A stretch of 64,000 bases of DNA from Elusimicrobiota bacterium (GCA_016722575.1 JADKIY010000001.1:704810-768809); one strand, 5' to 3'; positions 24,498 through 34,948 are shown, counted from the stretch's first letter. Notes: generated by a model from the letters alone, not told the origin. Numbers and translations are program-made.

Positions 24498-25450
24498 TGG
24501 AATTTTTTAAAACCCCCAATTTCGACTACATCAAATACCACAAGCTGTTTTTCGGCTTGTCGGGCCTCCTGGCCGCCGCCACGGTGGCGGGCCTGGTGGT
24601 TCGCGGTCCCTCCCTCCTGAGCATCGATTTCACGGGGGGAACGTTGGTCCAAGGGTATTTTCAAAAAGCGGGCGACGCCGCCGGGGCCGACGCCCAAGGC
24701 GCGGAAATTTCCCTGGACCGCGTTCGGGCCGCCCTCGCCACCGCCGGCCTCAACGGCGCCGAACTTCAGAACGTGCCCAACCACAACGCCATCATTCTCC
24801 GATTCAAATCGAACGCCGGCGAAGCCAAGACCGAACTGGTCGGCAAAGTCACCGAGGCCTTCGCCCGGGCCTTTGAGGGATACGCCTTCGTGACCGAGCG
24901 CGCCGAGTTCGTGGGCCCCGTGGTCGGTCGACAAATGGTGTCCAAAGCCGTGTTGGCCGTCTTCTTTTCCATGTTGGGGATCGTGGTGTACGTCGCTTTC
25001 CGTTTTCGAAACTGGATCTGGGGCGCGGCGGGCGTGTTCGCCCTCGTGCACGACGTCTTCCTGGCTTTGGGGTTCATGGCCCTCACGGGCCGGGAAGTCT
25101 CCATCACGGTGGTCGCGGCCCTGCTCACTTTGGCCGGCTATTCCATCAACGACACGATCGTCATTTTTGACCGTATCCGGGAAAACATCCGCCTGCGCGG
25201 GCGTCATTCCAAGGAGCCTCTGGACGCGCTGATCAACCGCTCCTGCAACGAAACCCTCTCGAGGACCATCATCACCTCGTTGACCGTGTTCATCGTGCTT
25301 CTCTCCCTGCTTTTCCTGGGCGGCGAAGTGATTCGGGATTTTTCCCTGGCGTTGACCTTCGGCGTGATCGTGGGCTCCTACTCCACGATCTTCATCGCCA
25401 CTCCGATGGTTTATCTCTGGCAACGCAAACGCAGCAAGCCCCTCCACTGA
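24497..25450 (+). CDS. secF: Protein translocase subunit SecF
   Basis: SecF-like membrane protein. ATG overlaps the secD stop (TAATG). Confidence 0.88.
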   Translation: MEFFKTPNFDYIKYHKLFFGLSGLLAAATVAGLVVRGPSLLSIDFTGGTLVQGYFQKAGDAAGADAQGAEISLDRVRAALATAGLNGAELQNVPNHNAIILRFKSNAGEAKTELVGKVTEAFARAFEGYAFVTERAEFVGPVVGRQMVSKAVLAVFFSMLGIVVYVAFRFRNWIWGAAGVFALVHDVFLALGFMALTGREVSITVVAALLTLAGYSINDTIVIFDRIRENIRLRGRHSKEPLDALINRSCNETLSRTIITSLTVFIVLLSLLFLGGEVIRDFSLALTFGVIVGSYSTIFIATPMVYLWQRKRSKPLH

Positions 25451-26058
25451 TGGCCGAGACGGTTCTTTCCGTCAAAAAGATCAAAAAGTTTCGTCTCCAG
25501 CCGCGCGCGCAAGCCGTGATGCGGAACCTCCGCGCCCTGTCGGAAAACGCCCAGGCGACCCCCGAATTGGAAAAAGCCGTCGAGACGGAGATCCGTGCCG
25601 TCGCCGGTTTATTGGAAACCGCGGCCCTGTACGCCACCTTCGCGCCCGACGCGTGCCCCCCGGGGTTGACCTCCGTTCGGGCGGCCGAGGGCGAGCGCCC
25701 GCCTCTTTCGTTGACGCTGTTCGCCGCCACCGTCGGCGTGGGCCTCGAGGAGGAAATCGCCCGGGCTCTCTCGCGGGGCGAAGCCCTCCGCAGCCGCGTG
25801 CTGACCGCCTTGGGGGAAGAGCTGGCCGATCAGTCCGCGCAGTTTGTGGCCCGGCTGGTCAACGAAGAAGCCAAAGACGACGCTTTCGAGTTGTCGGACC
25901 GACGTCCCCTGGCCTCGATGGACGAGCAAAAAACCCTTTTGAACACCCTTGACGCGGCCCGAATCCCTCTCTCCTTCGACGCCGGCGGGCACCTGACGCC
26001 CCGGTTTTCCCGCCTGGGGTACGTGTTGTGGTGGCCGCCCTCTAAAAAACGCTCCTGA
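25450..26058 (+). CDS. Hypothetical protein (about 200 aa), translationally coupled to secF
   Basis: ATG overlaps the secF TGA (cacTGATGg). Good high-GC3 coding signature. No family recognised with confidence. Confidence 0.5.
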   Translation: MAETVLSVKKIKKFRLQPRAQAVMRNLRALSENAQATPELEKAVETEIRAVAGLLETAALYATFAPDACPPGLTSVRAAEGERPPLSLTLFAATVGVGLEEEIARALSRGEALRSRVLTALGEELADQSAQFVARLVNEEAKDDAFELSDRRPLASMDEQKTLLNTLDAARIPLSFDAGGHLTPRFSRLGYVLWWPPSKKRS

Positions 26059-26112
26059 GGGCCTGAGTTAAAATACCTTGAACATTTTGCCGGATGCTTT
26101 TGGCCCCGTGCC

Positions 26113-26874
26113 GTGTTGCTCCTCGGTCACAGACGACCGGTATGCTCCCTCGTCGCGCCTTGCCCAGGGCCAAAATCCTCTCGGCAAAACGCTCAATTTA
26201 TTTTGACTCAAGCCCCAAACGAATCCCGCTCCCGTCGCGACCGGTTTTGGCCCTGGGTCGTCTCCTGGTTGGGGTGGCTGATTCTCCAATTCATTGGACG
26301 CACCTCCCGAATGGTGGTCCGTTGGTCCCCCGCCGCCCAATCGCTTCGAGAAAGTTCCCGCCCGATGATTTTTGCCTTCTGGCATCGTTACCAGTTGCTG
26401 ATGGCCTGGGAACACCGGGGCCGGGGCGTGACCGTGCTGGTCAGCCGCAGCCGGGACGGGGAATTCATCGCCGGGGTTCTGGAGCGCCTGGGATATCGGA
26501 CGGCGCGGGGGTCTTCCAGCCGGGGCGGGCCCGCGGCGTTTATGGAATTGCTGGACGTCGTGAACGCGGGCGGCCGGGTGGCCTTCACCCCCGACGGACC
26601 CCGGGGGCCCGCGCGGTCCATTCAGCCGGGCGTGTTGGCCCTGGCGGCCAAAACCGGGGTTCCCATCGTCCCCGTGGCCTGGGCCGGGACGCCGGTCAAA
26701 ACCCTTTCCAGCTGGGACCGATTCATGATCCCCCTGCCTTTCGGGCGGTTCCACGTGGTTTTCGGCGATCCCCTGATCGTGACGGCGGCCGATGGTGCGG
26801 CGGAGGAAAATTTGCGTCGGGCTCTAAATCAAGCCGAAGCCGACGCGGGTGAAGAACGGGAGACCGCGTGTTGA
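26113..26874 (+). CDS. DUF374-family protein (lysophospholipid-acyltransferase-like), of the kind often found next to Kdo transferase
   Basis: Conserved block FAFWHRYQLL...SRSRDGEF...GYRTARGSSSRGG...VAFTPDGPRGP typical of DUF374. Lies immediately upstream of and overlapping waaA. The start is uncertain and may be downstream of 26113. Confidence 0.65.
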   Translation: MLLLGHRRPVCSLVAPCPGPKSSRQNAQFILTQAPNESRSRRDRFWPWVVSWLGWLILQFIGRTSRMVVRWSPAAQSLRESSRPMIFAFWHRYQLLMAWEHRGRGVTVLVSRSRDGEFIAGVLERLGYRTARGSSSRGGPAAFMELLDVVNAGGRVAFTPDGPRGPARSIQPGVLALAAKTGVPIVPVAWAGTPVKTLSSWDRFMIPLPFGRFHVVFGDPLIVTAADGAAEENLRRALNQAEADAGEERETAC

Positions 26875-28166
26875 GCCTCTATTCCTTCCTAACGCTCCTA
26901 CTGTCGCCCCTGATCCTTCTCGTGTTTGTTTGGCGTTACGGCCTTCGACGAACCCTTCGGGGTCTTCCCGAACGCATGGGGTGGGGGCGGGGCGACGGCT
27001 CCCAAAAGCCGACCCTCTGGATTCACGCGGCTTCGGTGGGGGAAGTTCGTGCGGCGGAGGCGTTTTTGCGCGCGGCCCCGGTCCGGTTCCCCGGCCTGGC
27101 GCGCCTGCTCACGACCACCACGGTGAACGCCAAAGAGTTGGCGGAACGGCTGGACCTGGCGGAGTTCGTGCGGCTGGCGCCCGTGGACCGCCCCGGGCCC
27201 CTGGCGCGCTTTGTTAAACGTTGGGCCCCCCGCGCGCTGGTTCTCGTTGAAACCGAACTCTGGCCCCACTGGCTGAAGGGCCTGTCGGAGAAAAATGTCC
27301 CGGTGTGCGTGATCAACGGGCGGATGTCCGATGGGGCTTTCCCGCTTTACTACCGGGTGCGGTCCTTTTGGGAACCCTTGATGGCGAGCCTGTCGCGGGT
27401 GGGCGTTCAAAGCCCCACGAACGCCTCGCGCTTCCTCCAACTGGGGGCCTTCCCGGACGCCGTGGCCATCACCGGAAATCTTAAATTCGACGTGCCGCTG
27501 CCGGACCCGGCGCGGCGCGCGGCCCTGCGCGCCCTCTACAAAGTCGAGGGCGACGCCCCGGTGTGGGTGGCCGGAAGCACCCACGACAGCGAAGAGGAAA
27601 TTTTACTCGGGGCCTTCCTTCGCCTTCGACGGGAGGGCGTCCCCCTTCGCCTGGTCCTGGCGCCCCGCCACGTGGAGCGGGCGGCCGAGGTTCGCCGCTA
27701 CGCCGAGAACACGGGGTTTCGCGCCGCGCTTCGGACTCGCTTGTCCGGGGAAGAGGCGCCCTGGGACATCTTGGTTTTGGACACCGTCGGGGAATTGGCC
27801 GACCTTTACGGGGTGGCGACCGTGGCCTACGTGGGGGGGAGCTTAATACCGCGGGGGGGCCAAAACCCTCTGGAGCCCGCGCGCTGGGGCGTTCCCGTCC
27901 TTTTCGGCCCCCACATGTCGAATTTTAAAGAAATGGCCAAGGGGTTTGAAGAACGGTCCGCGGCGATCCGCGTGACGGACGCCGAATCCCTGTTGACGGC
28001 GTTGCGGGAATTGATCGTTTCGCCGGCCAAACGGGCCGCGTTGGGCGACGCCGCTCGGGCCTTTGCCGACGCTCAGCGCGGAGCCCTGGAAGCGAATTTG
28101 ACCCTCGTGGCCGAGGCGCTGGCGTCGGGCCCGCGTCGCCCCCGAGGCACCTGCGGCGGATGTTAA
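26868..28166 (+). CDS. waaA: 3-deoxy-D-manno-octulosonic acid (Kdo) transferase
   Basis: N-terminal TM helix and the WIHAASVGE signature. GT30 family length. GTG start overlaps the upstream stop. Confidence 0.88.
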   Translation: MLSLYSFLTLLLSPLILLVFVWRYGLRRTLRGLPERMGWGRGDGSQKPTLWIHAASVGEVRAAEAFLRAAPVRFPGLARLLTTTTVNAKELAERLDLAEFVRLAPVDRPGPLARFVKRWAPRALVLVETELWPHWLKGLSEKNVPVCVINGRMSDGAFPLYYRVRSFWEPLMASLSRVGVQSPTNASRFLQLGAFPDAVAITGNLKFDVPLPDPARRAALRALYKVEGDAPVWVAGSTHDSEEEILLGAFLRLRREGVPLRLVLAPRHVERAAEVRRYAENTGFRAALRTRLSGEEAPWDILVLDTVGELADLYGVATVAYVGGSLIPRGGQNPLEPARWGVPVLFGPHMSNFKEMAKGFEERSAAIRVTDAESLLTALRELIVSPAKRAALGDAARAFADAQRGALEANLTLVAEALASGPRRPRGTCGGC

Positions 28167-29185
28167 CCCGGTCCGCTCTCGTTGTCCGCTTGTCGTCCCT
28201 CGGGGACGTGCTTCTCACGATCCCGGTGTTTGAAAATCTTCGCCGGGCGTGGCCCGAGGCGCGGCTCACCCTCCTGGTTAAAAAAGCCTTCGCCCCCGCC
28301 CTGGCCGGCCATCCCGCCGTCGATGAATTGTTGATTTTTGAGGATTTGGGGTTTTGGGGCGTTCTCCGCGAAATCCGTCGCCGACGGTTCGATGCGCTGA
28401 TCGATTTGCACGACACGCCCCGCTCGAGGCTTTGGACCGCGCTGTCAAAGGCCGGTCGCGTGGTTCGTTATCGGAAACGCGCGTGGGCTCGGCGCCGTCT
28501 GGTTTGGTTCAAACGGCCGTCGGCGGAGTTGGCCGGGAAAACGGTCGACCGCTATTTGGAAACCCTGGCGGACCTCGGGGTCGAGGTGAGGGACCGGGTG
28601 CCTCGATTGCCCTCGCCCCCGGACGCGCTTCCGGCCCCCGCGACGACGGTCGCTCCGGGCCCCTGGATCGTCGTGGCGCCCGGCGCGTTGCACGCCACGA
28701 AACGTTGGCCCTCGGACCGCTTCGCCGCGGCCGCCGATCGCCTGGCGGAAGAGTTTCGCGCCGCGGGCGGGCCACCGCCCACGGTGGTCGTCGTCGGGTC
28801 CGCCTCGGACGGTCCGGCGGCCGAAGAGGTGTTGGAAACCCTTCAGGGACCGGCCCTTAATTTGACGGGCCGAACCTCGTTGAGGGAATTGATGGCCCTC
28901 CTTTCCCGCGCGGCGGTCCTTTTGTGCAACGATTCGGGCGCCATGCACCTGGGCGCGGCCCTGGGCGTTCCCACCGTGGCCGTGTTCGGGCCCACGGTCG
29001 AAGCCTTCGGCTTTTTTCCCTCCGGCGAAAAAACCGCCGTGGTTCAAAACGGGGGGTTGAATTGCCGACCCTGCGCCCTTCACGGCGGACGCCGATGTCC
29101 CCAAAAACATTTCCGGTGCATGACCGACGTGACGGTGGACCGCGTGGTGGGGGAAGCCCGACGGCTCCTCCGGGGGGCATCTTGA
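28160..29185 (+). CDS. LPS heptosyltransferase (GT9 family)
   Basis: N-terminus MLTRSALVVRLSSLGDVLL is the typical GT9 start. ATG overlaps the waaA stop. Confidence 0.85.
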   Translation: MLTRSALVVRLSSLGDVLLTIPVFENLRRAWPEARLTLLVKKAFAPALAGHPAVDELLIFEDLGFWGVLREIRRRRFDALIDLHDTPRSRLWTALSKAGRVVRYRKRAWARRRLVWFKRPSAELAGKTVDRYLETLADLGVEVRDRVPRLPSPPDALPAPATTVAPGPWIVVAPGALHATKRWPSDRFAAAADRLAEEFRAAGGPPPTVVVVGSASDGPAAEEVLETLQGPALNLTGRTSLRELMALLSRAAVLLCNDSGAMHLGAALGVPTVAVFGPTVEAFGFFPSGEKTAVVQNGGLNCRPCALHGGRRCPQKHFRCMTDVTVDRVVGEARRLLRGAS

Positions 29186-30231
29186 AGATCCTTCATGTTT
29201 TGGATGAGCGATGGGATTCGGGTTTGACCGCCTACGGCTTGGGCGCGGCCCGGGCCCTGCGGGACCGGGGCCACGCCCTGTGGATCGCCGCTTGTCCCGG
29301 GAGCCCGGCGGACCGGACCGCTCGGGCGGAGGGTTTTTCAACGGTGTCGCCGTCCCTCCTCGCCCTTCGGCGCTCCGTGGTCCAAAATCAAATCGACATC
29401 CTGAACGCCCACACCGGATCCGGGCACAGCCGGGGATTTCTGGCGACCCGTGGAACGCCGGCGGCCTTGGTCCGCACCCGGGCCGAGGCTCGGCGGTTGT
29501 CCCCGCGCCCCGGGCAGGGGTTTTTGTTCCGACGGACCGACGCGGTGGTGGCGGCTTCGCGCGCCTTGGGCGAGGCGTACGCGGCGGCGTACCCCTTTTT
29601 GAGGGAACGAACGCGGGTGATTTTTCCCGGCGTGCCTCTTTCCCCGGCGAGGCCGGAGCCTCCGGCGCCTTGGCGGGTGGCCTTGGTGGGCCGGCTGGAT
29701 CCGGTCAAGGGCCACGACTATTTTCTGGAAGCGGTGGAGCGTTTGCGGGACCATTTCTCTGCCGCGGAGTTTTGGATCGCCGGCGAGGACAAAAACCTGT
29801 CCCGGGCCGACTTGGAAAAGGACGCGGCGCGCCGGGGGGTCGCCGACCGGGTTCGGTTCGCGGGCCGGCTTCCGGACGCGGCGTCTTTTATGCGTTCCTG
29901 CCACCTGGGCGTCGTCTGTTCCGTGGGGAGCGAGGCGGTGTCCCGGGTGGCCCTCGAATGGTTGGCCCAGGGTCGGCCGGTCGTGGCCACGGCGGTCGGC
30001 GCCCTGCCGGAACTGGTGGAGGACGGACAGAACGGGCGCTTGGTCCCGCCCCGGGACGGGACCGCCCTGGCGGAGGCGATCGGAAGCCTGTTGAACGATC
30101 CCGAGGCCCGGCGCCGGATGGGCGCGGAAGCCCGGCGTCGCGCGGAGAATCAATTTTCTTTTTCCCGTTTGGGGGAAGAAACCGAGGAAGTTTACGGGCA
30201 GGCCCTGGGACGACGCCGGAGGTCCGCGTGA
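29181..30231 (+). CDS. Glycosyltransferase family 4 (GT4)
   Basis: Starts with the KILHVL motif and has a GT4 C-terminal region (EAVSRVALEWLAQGRPVVATAVGALPELV). TTG start at 29181 overlaps the upstream TGA (TTGA). The longer track ORF from 28924 would overlap the GT9 gene. Confidence 0.8.
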
Positions 30232-31328
30232 GTTTTCGAATCCTTCACGTGAACACGGAAAGGGGCTGGCGGGGGGGCGAGCGTCAAACCCTGTGGCTCG
30301 CCCGGGAGTTGGAACGGCGGGGGCATGGGAACGTGGTGGCGGCGCGGCCCAAAGGCCCGCTGGCGCGGGCCGCCGCGGAAGCGGGCCTCCGGGTCTTTCC
30401 CCTCGCTCCTTGGTCGGAATGGGATTTTCGGTCCGCCGGCCGCCTTCGGGCCTTTCTGCGCCAAGAAAACATTCAAGTGGTGCACGCCCACACGGGTCAC
30501 GCCGTCGGTTTCGGGGCTTTGGCGCGGCGGGGGACCACGGCCCGTCTGGTGGCGACCCGCCGGGTGGATTTCCCCTTAAAAAATAATTTTCTCAGCCGTT
30601 GGAAATACCGCTCCGTGGACGCCCTGGCGGCCATTTCCACCGCGGTGCGCCGCGTGGTGATCGAAGGCGGCGTGCCCGAATCGAAGATTTCGGTCATCCC
30701 CAGCGGCGTGGACCCCGCCGCCCATCCCTCCGTGGCCGACCGGAATCGGTTTCGCTCTGAGCGCGGGTTCACGCCCGCGGACCGCTTGGTCGTGCACGTG
30801 GGCGCCCTGGTGCCGCACAAGGACCAGGCGACCCTGCTCCGGGCTTTTGCCCTTCTCCGGGCCCGGGGAGCGGCCGATCGATTGCTGATCCTGGGCGACG
30901 GCCCCCGGCGGGAGGAACTGGAACGGTTGACCGCCGCTCTTCGATTGGAGGACGCCGTCTCTTTCCTCGGGCACCGCGGCGACGTGTTAGAATATACGGC
31001 CATGGCGGATCTTTTCGTTTTCCCATCGGTGGACGAAGGCCTGGGGACGGCCCTGTTGGACGCGCTCGTGTTGGGCGTGCCCACGGCCGCCACGGCCGCG
31101 GGCGGGATCCCGGACCTTTACGGCGGCCCCGGGGCCCCGGAACTGACGCCCCCGGGGGACGTCGAATCCCTGGCGCGCAACATGGCCGCCGTTTTGGAAA
31201 ACCCGGAGGAAGCCCGCCGCCGCGCGGAACGCGGGCGGGAGCGGGCCCGGGGTTTCTCGGTGTCCGCCATGACGGACCGTTACGAAGCGTTGTACCAAAA
31301 ACTGTTGGAGGCCCCGTGCCCCGCTTGA
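30228..31328 (+). CDS. Glycosyltransferase family 4 (GT4)
   Basis: RILHVNTERGWRGGE N-terminus and the EGLGTALLDALVLGVPTAATAAGGIPD GT4 motif. GTG start overlaps the previous stop (GTGA). Confidence 0.8.
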   Translation: MSFRILHVNTERGWRGGERQTLWLARELERRGHGNVVAARPKGPLARAAAEAGLRVFPLAPWSEWDFRSAGRLRAFLRQENIQVVHAHTGHAVGFGALARRGTTARLVATRRVDFPLKNNFLSRWKYRSVDALAAISTAVRRVVIEGGVPESKISVIPSGVDPAAHPSVADRNRFRSERGFTPADRLVVHVGALVPHKDQATLLRAFALLRARGAADRLLILGDGPRREELERLTAALRLEDAVSFLGHRGDVLEYTAMADLFVFPSVDEGLGTALLDALVLGVPTAATAAGGIPDLYGGPGAPELTPPGDVESLARNMAAVLENPEEARRRAERGRERARGFSVSAMTDRYEALYQKLLEAPCPA

Positions 31329-32065
31329 GCGCCATTTTGATCGCCCGCAACGAAGAGCGCGACCTTCCCGCCTGCCTGGAAAGCCTGCGGGGCGTGGCCG
31401 ACGAGATCGTTCTGGTCGACAGCCATTCCACCGACCGCACCCGGGACATCGCCCGCGAGCACGGCGCCCGGGTCATTGAGCGGGATTTCGCGGGGTTCGG
31501 CCCCCAAAAACAATACGCCCTGGAACAAGCCGCCGGGGACTGGGTGCTCAACATCGACGCCGATGAGCGATTGACGCCGGAGTTGGCCGACGACATTCGG
31601 CGGGCCCTGGCGTCTTCGCCCACGGTCAACGGATACGAATTGCCGTTTCAGGTTTACTTCCTGGGTCGGCGTCTGCGTTTCGGCGGCTGTTTCCGGGAGT
31701 TCCATCTTCGGCTTTTTCGCCGGGACAAAGCCCATTACGCCGGGGCCGAAATTCACGAGGGCATCTCGGTGCCGGGCCCCTGGGGGCGGCTGGCCCACCC
31801 CGTGCGCCACGAAAGTTACCGAAATTTTCAGGAATATCTGGAGAAATGCGCCCGGTACACGGGCTTGATCGCCCGCAAAAAATACGCCGAGGGCCGCCGG
31901 TTCGCTGTTTGGCAGCACCTTCGCCTGCCCTGGGAGTTCCTGGTCCGCTACGTTTTAAAGGGCGGGTTCCTGGACGGCAACGCCGGGCTGATATACGCCG
32001 TTCTCAGCTCCTATTACGCCTGGTTGAAGCACGTCCGACTTTTGGACGGGGGGGGGAAGGCGTGA
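31316..32065 (+). CDS. Glycosyltransferase family 2 (GT2)
   Basis: LSAILIARNEERDLPACLESL...VLVDSHSTDRT...NIDADE, with the typical GT2 DxD region. GTG start. Confidence 0.8.
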   Translation: MPRLSAILIARNEERDLPACLESLRGVADEIVLVDSHSTDRTRDIAREHGARVIERDFAGFGPQKQYALEQAAGDWVLNIDADERLTPELADDIRRALASSPTVNGYELPFQVYFLGRRLRFGGCFREFHLRLFRRDKAHYAGAEIHEGISVPGPWGRLAHPVRHESYRNFQEYLEKCARYTGLIARKKYAEGRRFAVWQHLRLPWEFLVRYVLKGGFLDGNAGLIYAVLSSYYAWLKHVRLLDGGGKA

Positions 32066-32865
32066 TCGGCGCGGCGTTGGCGGCGGGCGCCGTGGCCGCG
32101 GCGGGATTTTCCGCGCGTTGGAACTGGTGGCGCCCCCGGGCCCCGGGCCTTCCGGTGCTCATGTACCACAAAGTCGGGTTCCCGCCGCCGGGATCCAAAC
32201 TCAAAAAACTGTGGGTGTCCCCGGAGCAATTCCGGGCGCAGATGGCCTATTTGAAAAAACACGGGTACGCGCCCCGGACGCTGGCCGCGGTCGCCGCCGA
32301 CCTCGACGCCGGCTTGCCCCTGCCGGAAAAAAGCGTGGTCCTCACTTTTGACGACGGCTACCGGAACAATTTGGAAAACGCGCTCCCGATCCTGCGGGAA
32401 TTCGGGTTCCCGGCGGTGATCTACGTGGTGGTCAACGCCGTGGGCCGGGACAACTTCTGGCACGACCCGGCTTCCGAAACGCGGATTCCGATGCTCGACT
32501 GGGACGGCGTCCGGGCCCTTCAAAGCGCCGGTTGGGAAATCGGATCCCACACCCTGAACCACGCGCGCCTCTCCCGGCTGTCTCCCGACGCGGTCCGGAC
32601 GGAATTGACCCAGAGCCGGACGGTGTTGGCCGAAAAATTGGGGGTCGCGCCGGTTTCCTTCGCCAACCCCTACGGGGACGCCGCGGACGATCCCGCGGTC
32701 CAGGCGCTCATCCGCGAAGCCGGGTATCGCACCGCGGTGTCCGTCCATCAAGGAAAGGCGGACCTGTCCGGCAACCCCTATTGCCTCCGCCGTCTCTTCG
32801 TCCGCGGGGACGACACCGCCTGGGACTTTCATTTGAACATGACCCGCGGCCGCGCCCGCCTTTAA
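32062..32865 (+). CDS. Polysaccharide deacetylase (NodB-homology, CE4) family protein
   Basis: LTFDDGY...EIGSHTLNH motifs. GTG start overlaps the GT2 stop (GTGA). Confidence 0.8.
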   Translation: MIGAALAAGAVAAAGFSARWNWWRPRAPGLPVLMYHKVGFPPPGSKLKKLWVSPEQFRAQMAYLKKHGYAPRTLAAVAADLDAGLPLPEKSVVLTFDDGYRNNLENALPILREFGFPAVIYVVVNAVGRDNFWHDPASETRIPMLDWDGVRALQSAGWEIGSHTLNHARLSRLSPDAVRTELTQSRTVLAEKLGVAPVSFANPYGDAADDPAVQALIREAGYRTAVSVHQGKADLSGNPYCLRRLFVRGDDTAWDFHLNMTRGRARL

Positions 32866-32870
32866 TCCCC

Positions 32871-33878
32871 GTGAAGATCCTCATCGTCCAGCCCCGCCGG
32901 ATCGGCGACGTTATCGTCACCACCCCCGTCATCGACGCCCTGCGGACGCGGTTTCCCGACGCGCGCATCGAATTCCTGGTGGAAAAAGGCATGGCGCCGG
33001 TGCTCGAAGGCTACCCGGGATTGGACGAGGCGTTGGTTTTCGAAAAGTCCCGGTTTTGGTTTTGGCTTCGGGAAATCCATCGGCGTCGCTACGACTGGGT
33101 GTTGGATTTCATGAACAACCCCCGAACCGCCCAGTTGACCTGGGCCAGCCGGGCGCCCGTGCGGGCCGGTTTTGAAACCCCCTTCTGGGGAATGGTGTAC
33201 ACCCACCGGGTGGAACGCCCCCCGCGCCCGCTCTACGCCGTTCAAATCAAATTCAATTTGCTTCGTCGGCTGGGCCTGACCCCGGCGGACCCAGTCCTCC
33301 CTCGGATCCCTTTGCGCCCGGCGGATTTTCAGCCCGCGGCGGGGTGGTGGGCCGAAAAAGGCTTGGACGCCTTTCGGGAACGGGTCGCGGTCCTTCCCAT
33401 GCATCGGCGCCCCATCCGCCAGTGGCCCGTGGCGCGTTTTTCGGAAACGATCCGACGTCTCTTGGCGGTTCCGGACCGGGCGATCCTCCTGTTCGGCGGG
33501 CCGGAGGAGCGGGGGGAACTTGAAAAAATGGCCGCGGCTTTTCCGGGGCGGGTGTTCGTGATTCCCCCCGGTGGATTGCGTCAGGCGGCGGCCCTCCTGT
33601 CGCGGTGCCACGCGGCGGTCACCAACGATTCGGGGTTGATGCATTTGTCGGTGGCGGTGGGGATTCCGACGGTGACCGTTTACGGCCCCACCTGGCCCGA
33701 GTCCTGGAACCCGCGCGCCGCCCCCCACCGATACCTTCAAGCCCGGGGGCTCTCTTGCCTGGGGTGCAACCGCGATCAATGCCCCTTCGGCCACGAGTGC
33801 ATGGACTGGGTGTCGGTGGATCGGGTGGTCGCCGAGGTCGAAGGCGCCCTCGCCGCGCGGCCCGCCGGGACGCCGTGA
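32871..33878 (+). CDS. LPS heptosyltransferase (GT9 family), second copy
   Basis: VKILIVQPRRIGDVIVTTP start and a GT9 C-terminal region (VTNDSGLMHLSVAVGIPTVTVYGPT). GTG start 5 nt after the upstream stop. Confidence 0.82.
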   Translation: MKILIVQPRRIGDVIVTTPVIDALRTRFPDARIEFLVEKGMAPVLEGYPGLDEALVFEKSRFWFWLREIHRRRYDWVLDFMNNPRTAQLTWASRAPVRAGFETPFWGMVYTHRVERPPRPLYAVQIKFNLLRRLGLTPADPVLPRIPLRPADFQPAAGWWAEKGLDAFRERVAVLPMHRRPIRQWPVARFSETIRRLLAVPDRAILLFGGPEERGELEKMAAAFPGRVFVIPPGGLRQAAALLSRCHAAVTNDSGLMHLSVAVGIPTVTVYGPTWPESWNPRAAPHRYLQARGLSCLGCNRDQCPFGHECMDWVSVDRVVAEVEGALAARPAGTP

Positions 33879-34948
33879 ATTTGCCGTCGATGGATTCGCC
33901 CGGGGGCGTGTGGTGGCGAGCGGTTCTTTGGGGTCCCGCCCGGCTGTTCGGGGTCGCGACCGCGGCCCGGGCCCGGGCCTATCAACGTGGATTTTTCGAG
34001 ACCGTCCGGATTCCCGTTCCCGTGGTGTGCGTGGGGAATCTGACGGTGGGCGGTTCGGGAAAGACCCCGGTGGTCGAGTGGTTGGCGGAACGTTGGATCG
34101 CCGCCGGGCGTCGCCCCGCGATTCTCTCCCGGGGTTTCGGGCGTTCCGCCCGCGCCCCGGCGTTGGTGCCCAATCGTCCGGGGGACGCTCCGCCTTCCGT
34201 CGAGTCGGTGGGGGACGAGCCGCGCTGGCTGGCCGGGCGTTTGCCCGGGGTTCCCCTGGGGATCGGCGCCGACCGGGCCCGGTCCGCGGAGCGGGTGTGG
34301 GAGGAATTTCGCCCCGAGGTCCTGATTCTGGACGACGGTTTGCAGCATCACCGGCTCCATCGCGACCGCAATTTGATTTGCTTGGACGCCCGTCTCGCCC
34401 ACGGGGTGTGGGGGGAAGGGCGGTCGGCGCCGCTTCTTCCGGCCGGTCCCTGGCGGGAGCCCCCCTCCGCGTTGGTCCGGGGGGACGCGCTCCTTCTCAC
34501 CCGCGCCGAACGCCTGGACCCGTCCCAACGGGAGAATCTCCGTCAACGCTTATCGTTTTTTTCCGGGCCGATCGGGGTGGCCCATTACCGGCTCCGTCTT
34601 CGGGACGGCGAGCGGGCCGTTCCCGCCTCCGAAATGACGGGGCGGCCGGTGTTGGCCCTCTCCGGCTTGGCGGATCCGGCGTCTTTCGAGGAAGGCCTCG
34701 CCCGGCTGGGAGGCCAGGTCGTCGGGGAGCGTTTCGGGGATCATCACGCGTTTTCGGCGTCGGAAGCGGCCCGGGCGGTGGAGCGGGCCCGACGGGAGGG
34801 CCGCCTTCTGATCACCACCGAAAAGGACGCCCAGCGACTGCCCCCCGGGTTTCCGGCCTGGGTGGCGCGCCTGGATTTGGAATGGGAGGACACGGCGTGG
34901 ACGACGGTCGTCGATTCCGCTATCGGCTCGAATCCCTCGGCGTCTTAG
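33875..34948 (+). CDS. lpxK: Tetraacyldisaccharide 4'-kinase
   Basis: P-loop VVCVGNLTVGGSGKTP, characteristic of LpxK. Start is either GTG 33875 (overlapping the upstream stop) or ATG 33890. Confidence 0.85.
   Translation: MNLPSMDSPGGVWWRAVLWGPARLFGVATAARARAYQRGFFETVRIPVPVVCVGNLTVGGSGKTPVVEWLAERWIAAGRRPAILSRGFGRSARAPALVPNRPGDAPPSVESVGDEPRWLAGRLPGVPLGIGADRARSAERVWEEFRPEVLILDDGLQHHRLHRDRNLICLDARLAHGVWGEGRSAPLLPAGPWREPPSALVRGDALLLTRAERLDPSQRENLRQRLSFFSGPIGVAHYRLRLRDGERAVPASEMTGRPVLALSGLADPASFEEGLARLGGQVVGERFGDHHAFSASEAARAVERARREGRLLITTEKDAQRLPPGFPAWVARLDLEWEDTAWTTVVDSAIGSNPSAS

Noticed and set aside
26068-26754. 228-aa minus-strand ORF between the secF-coupled hypothetical gene and waaA
   Set aside because: It overlaps the DUF374 gene in antisense. 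The DUF374 frame carries the conserved family block.
28924-29180. Upstream extension of the first GT4 gene to 28924
   Set aside because: It would overlap the heptosyltransferase gene by 260 nt. The TTG at 29181 gives the canonical 4-nt TTGA overlap and a GT4-typical KILHVL start.
33605-33874. Upstream extension of lpxK to 33605
   Set aside because: It would overlap the preceding GT9 gene by 270 nt. The LpxK P-loop sits at the usual roughly 45-aa distance from the GTG 33875 / ATG 33890 start.
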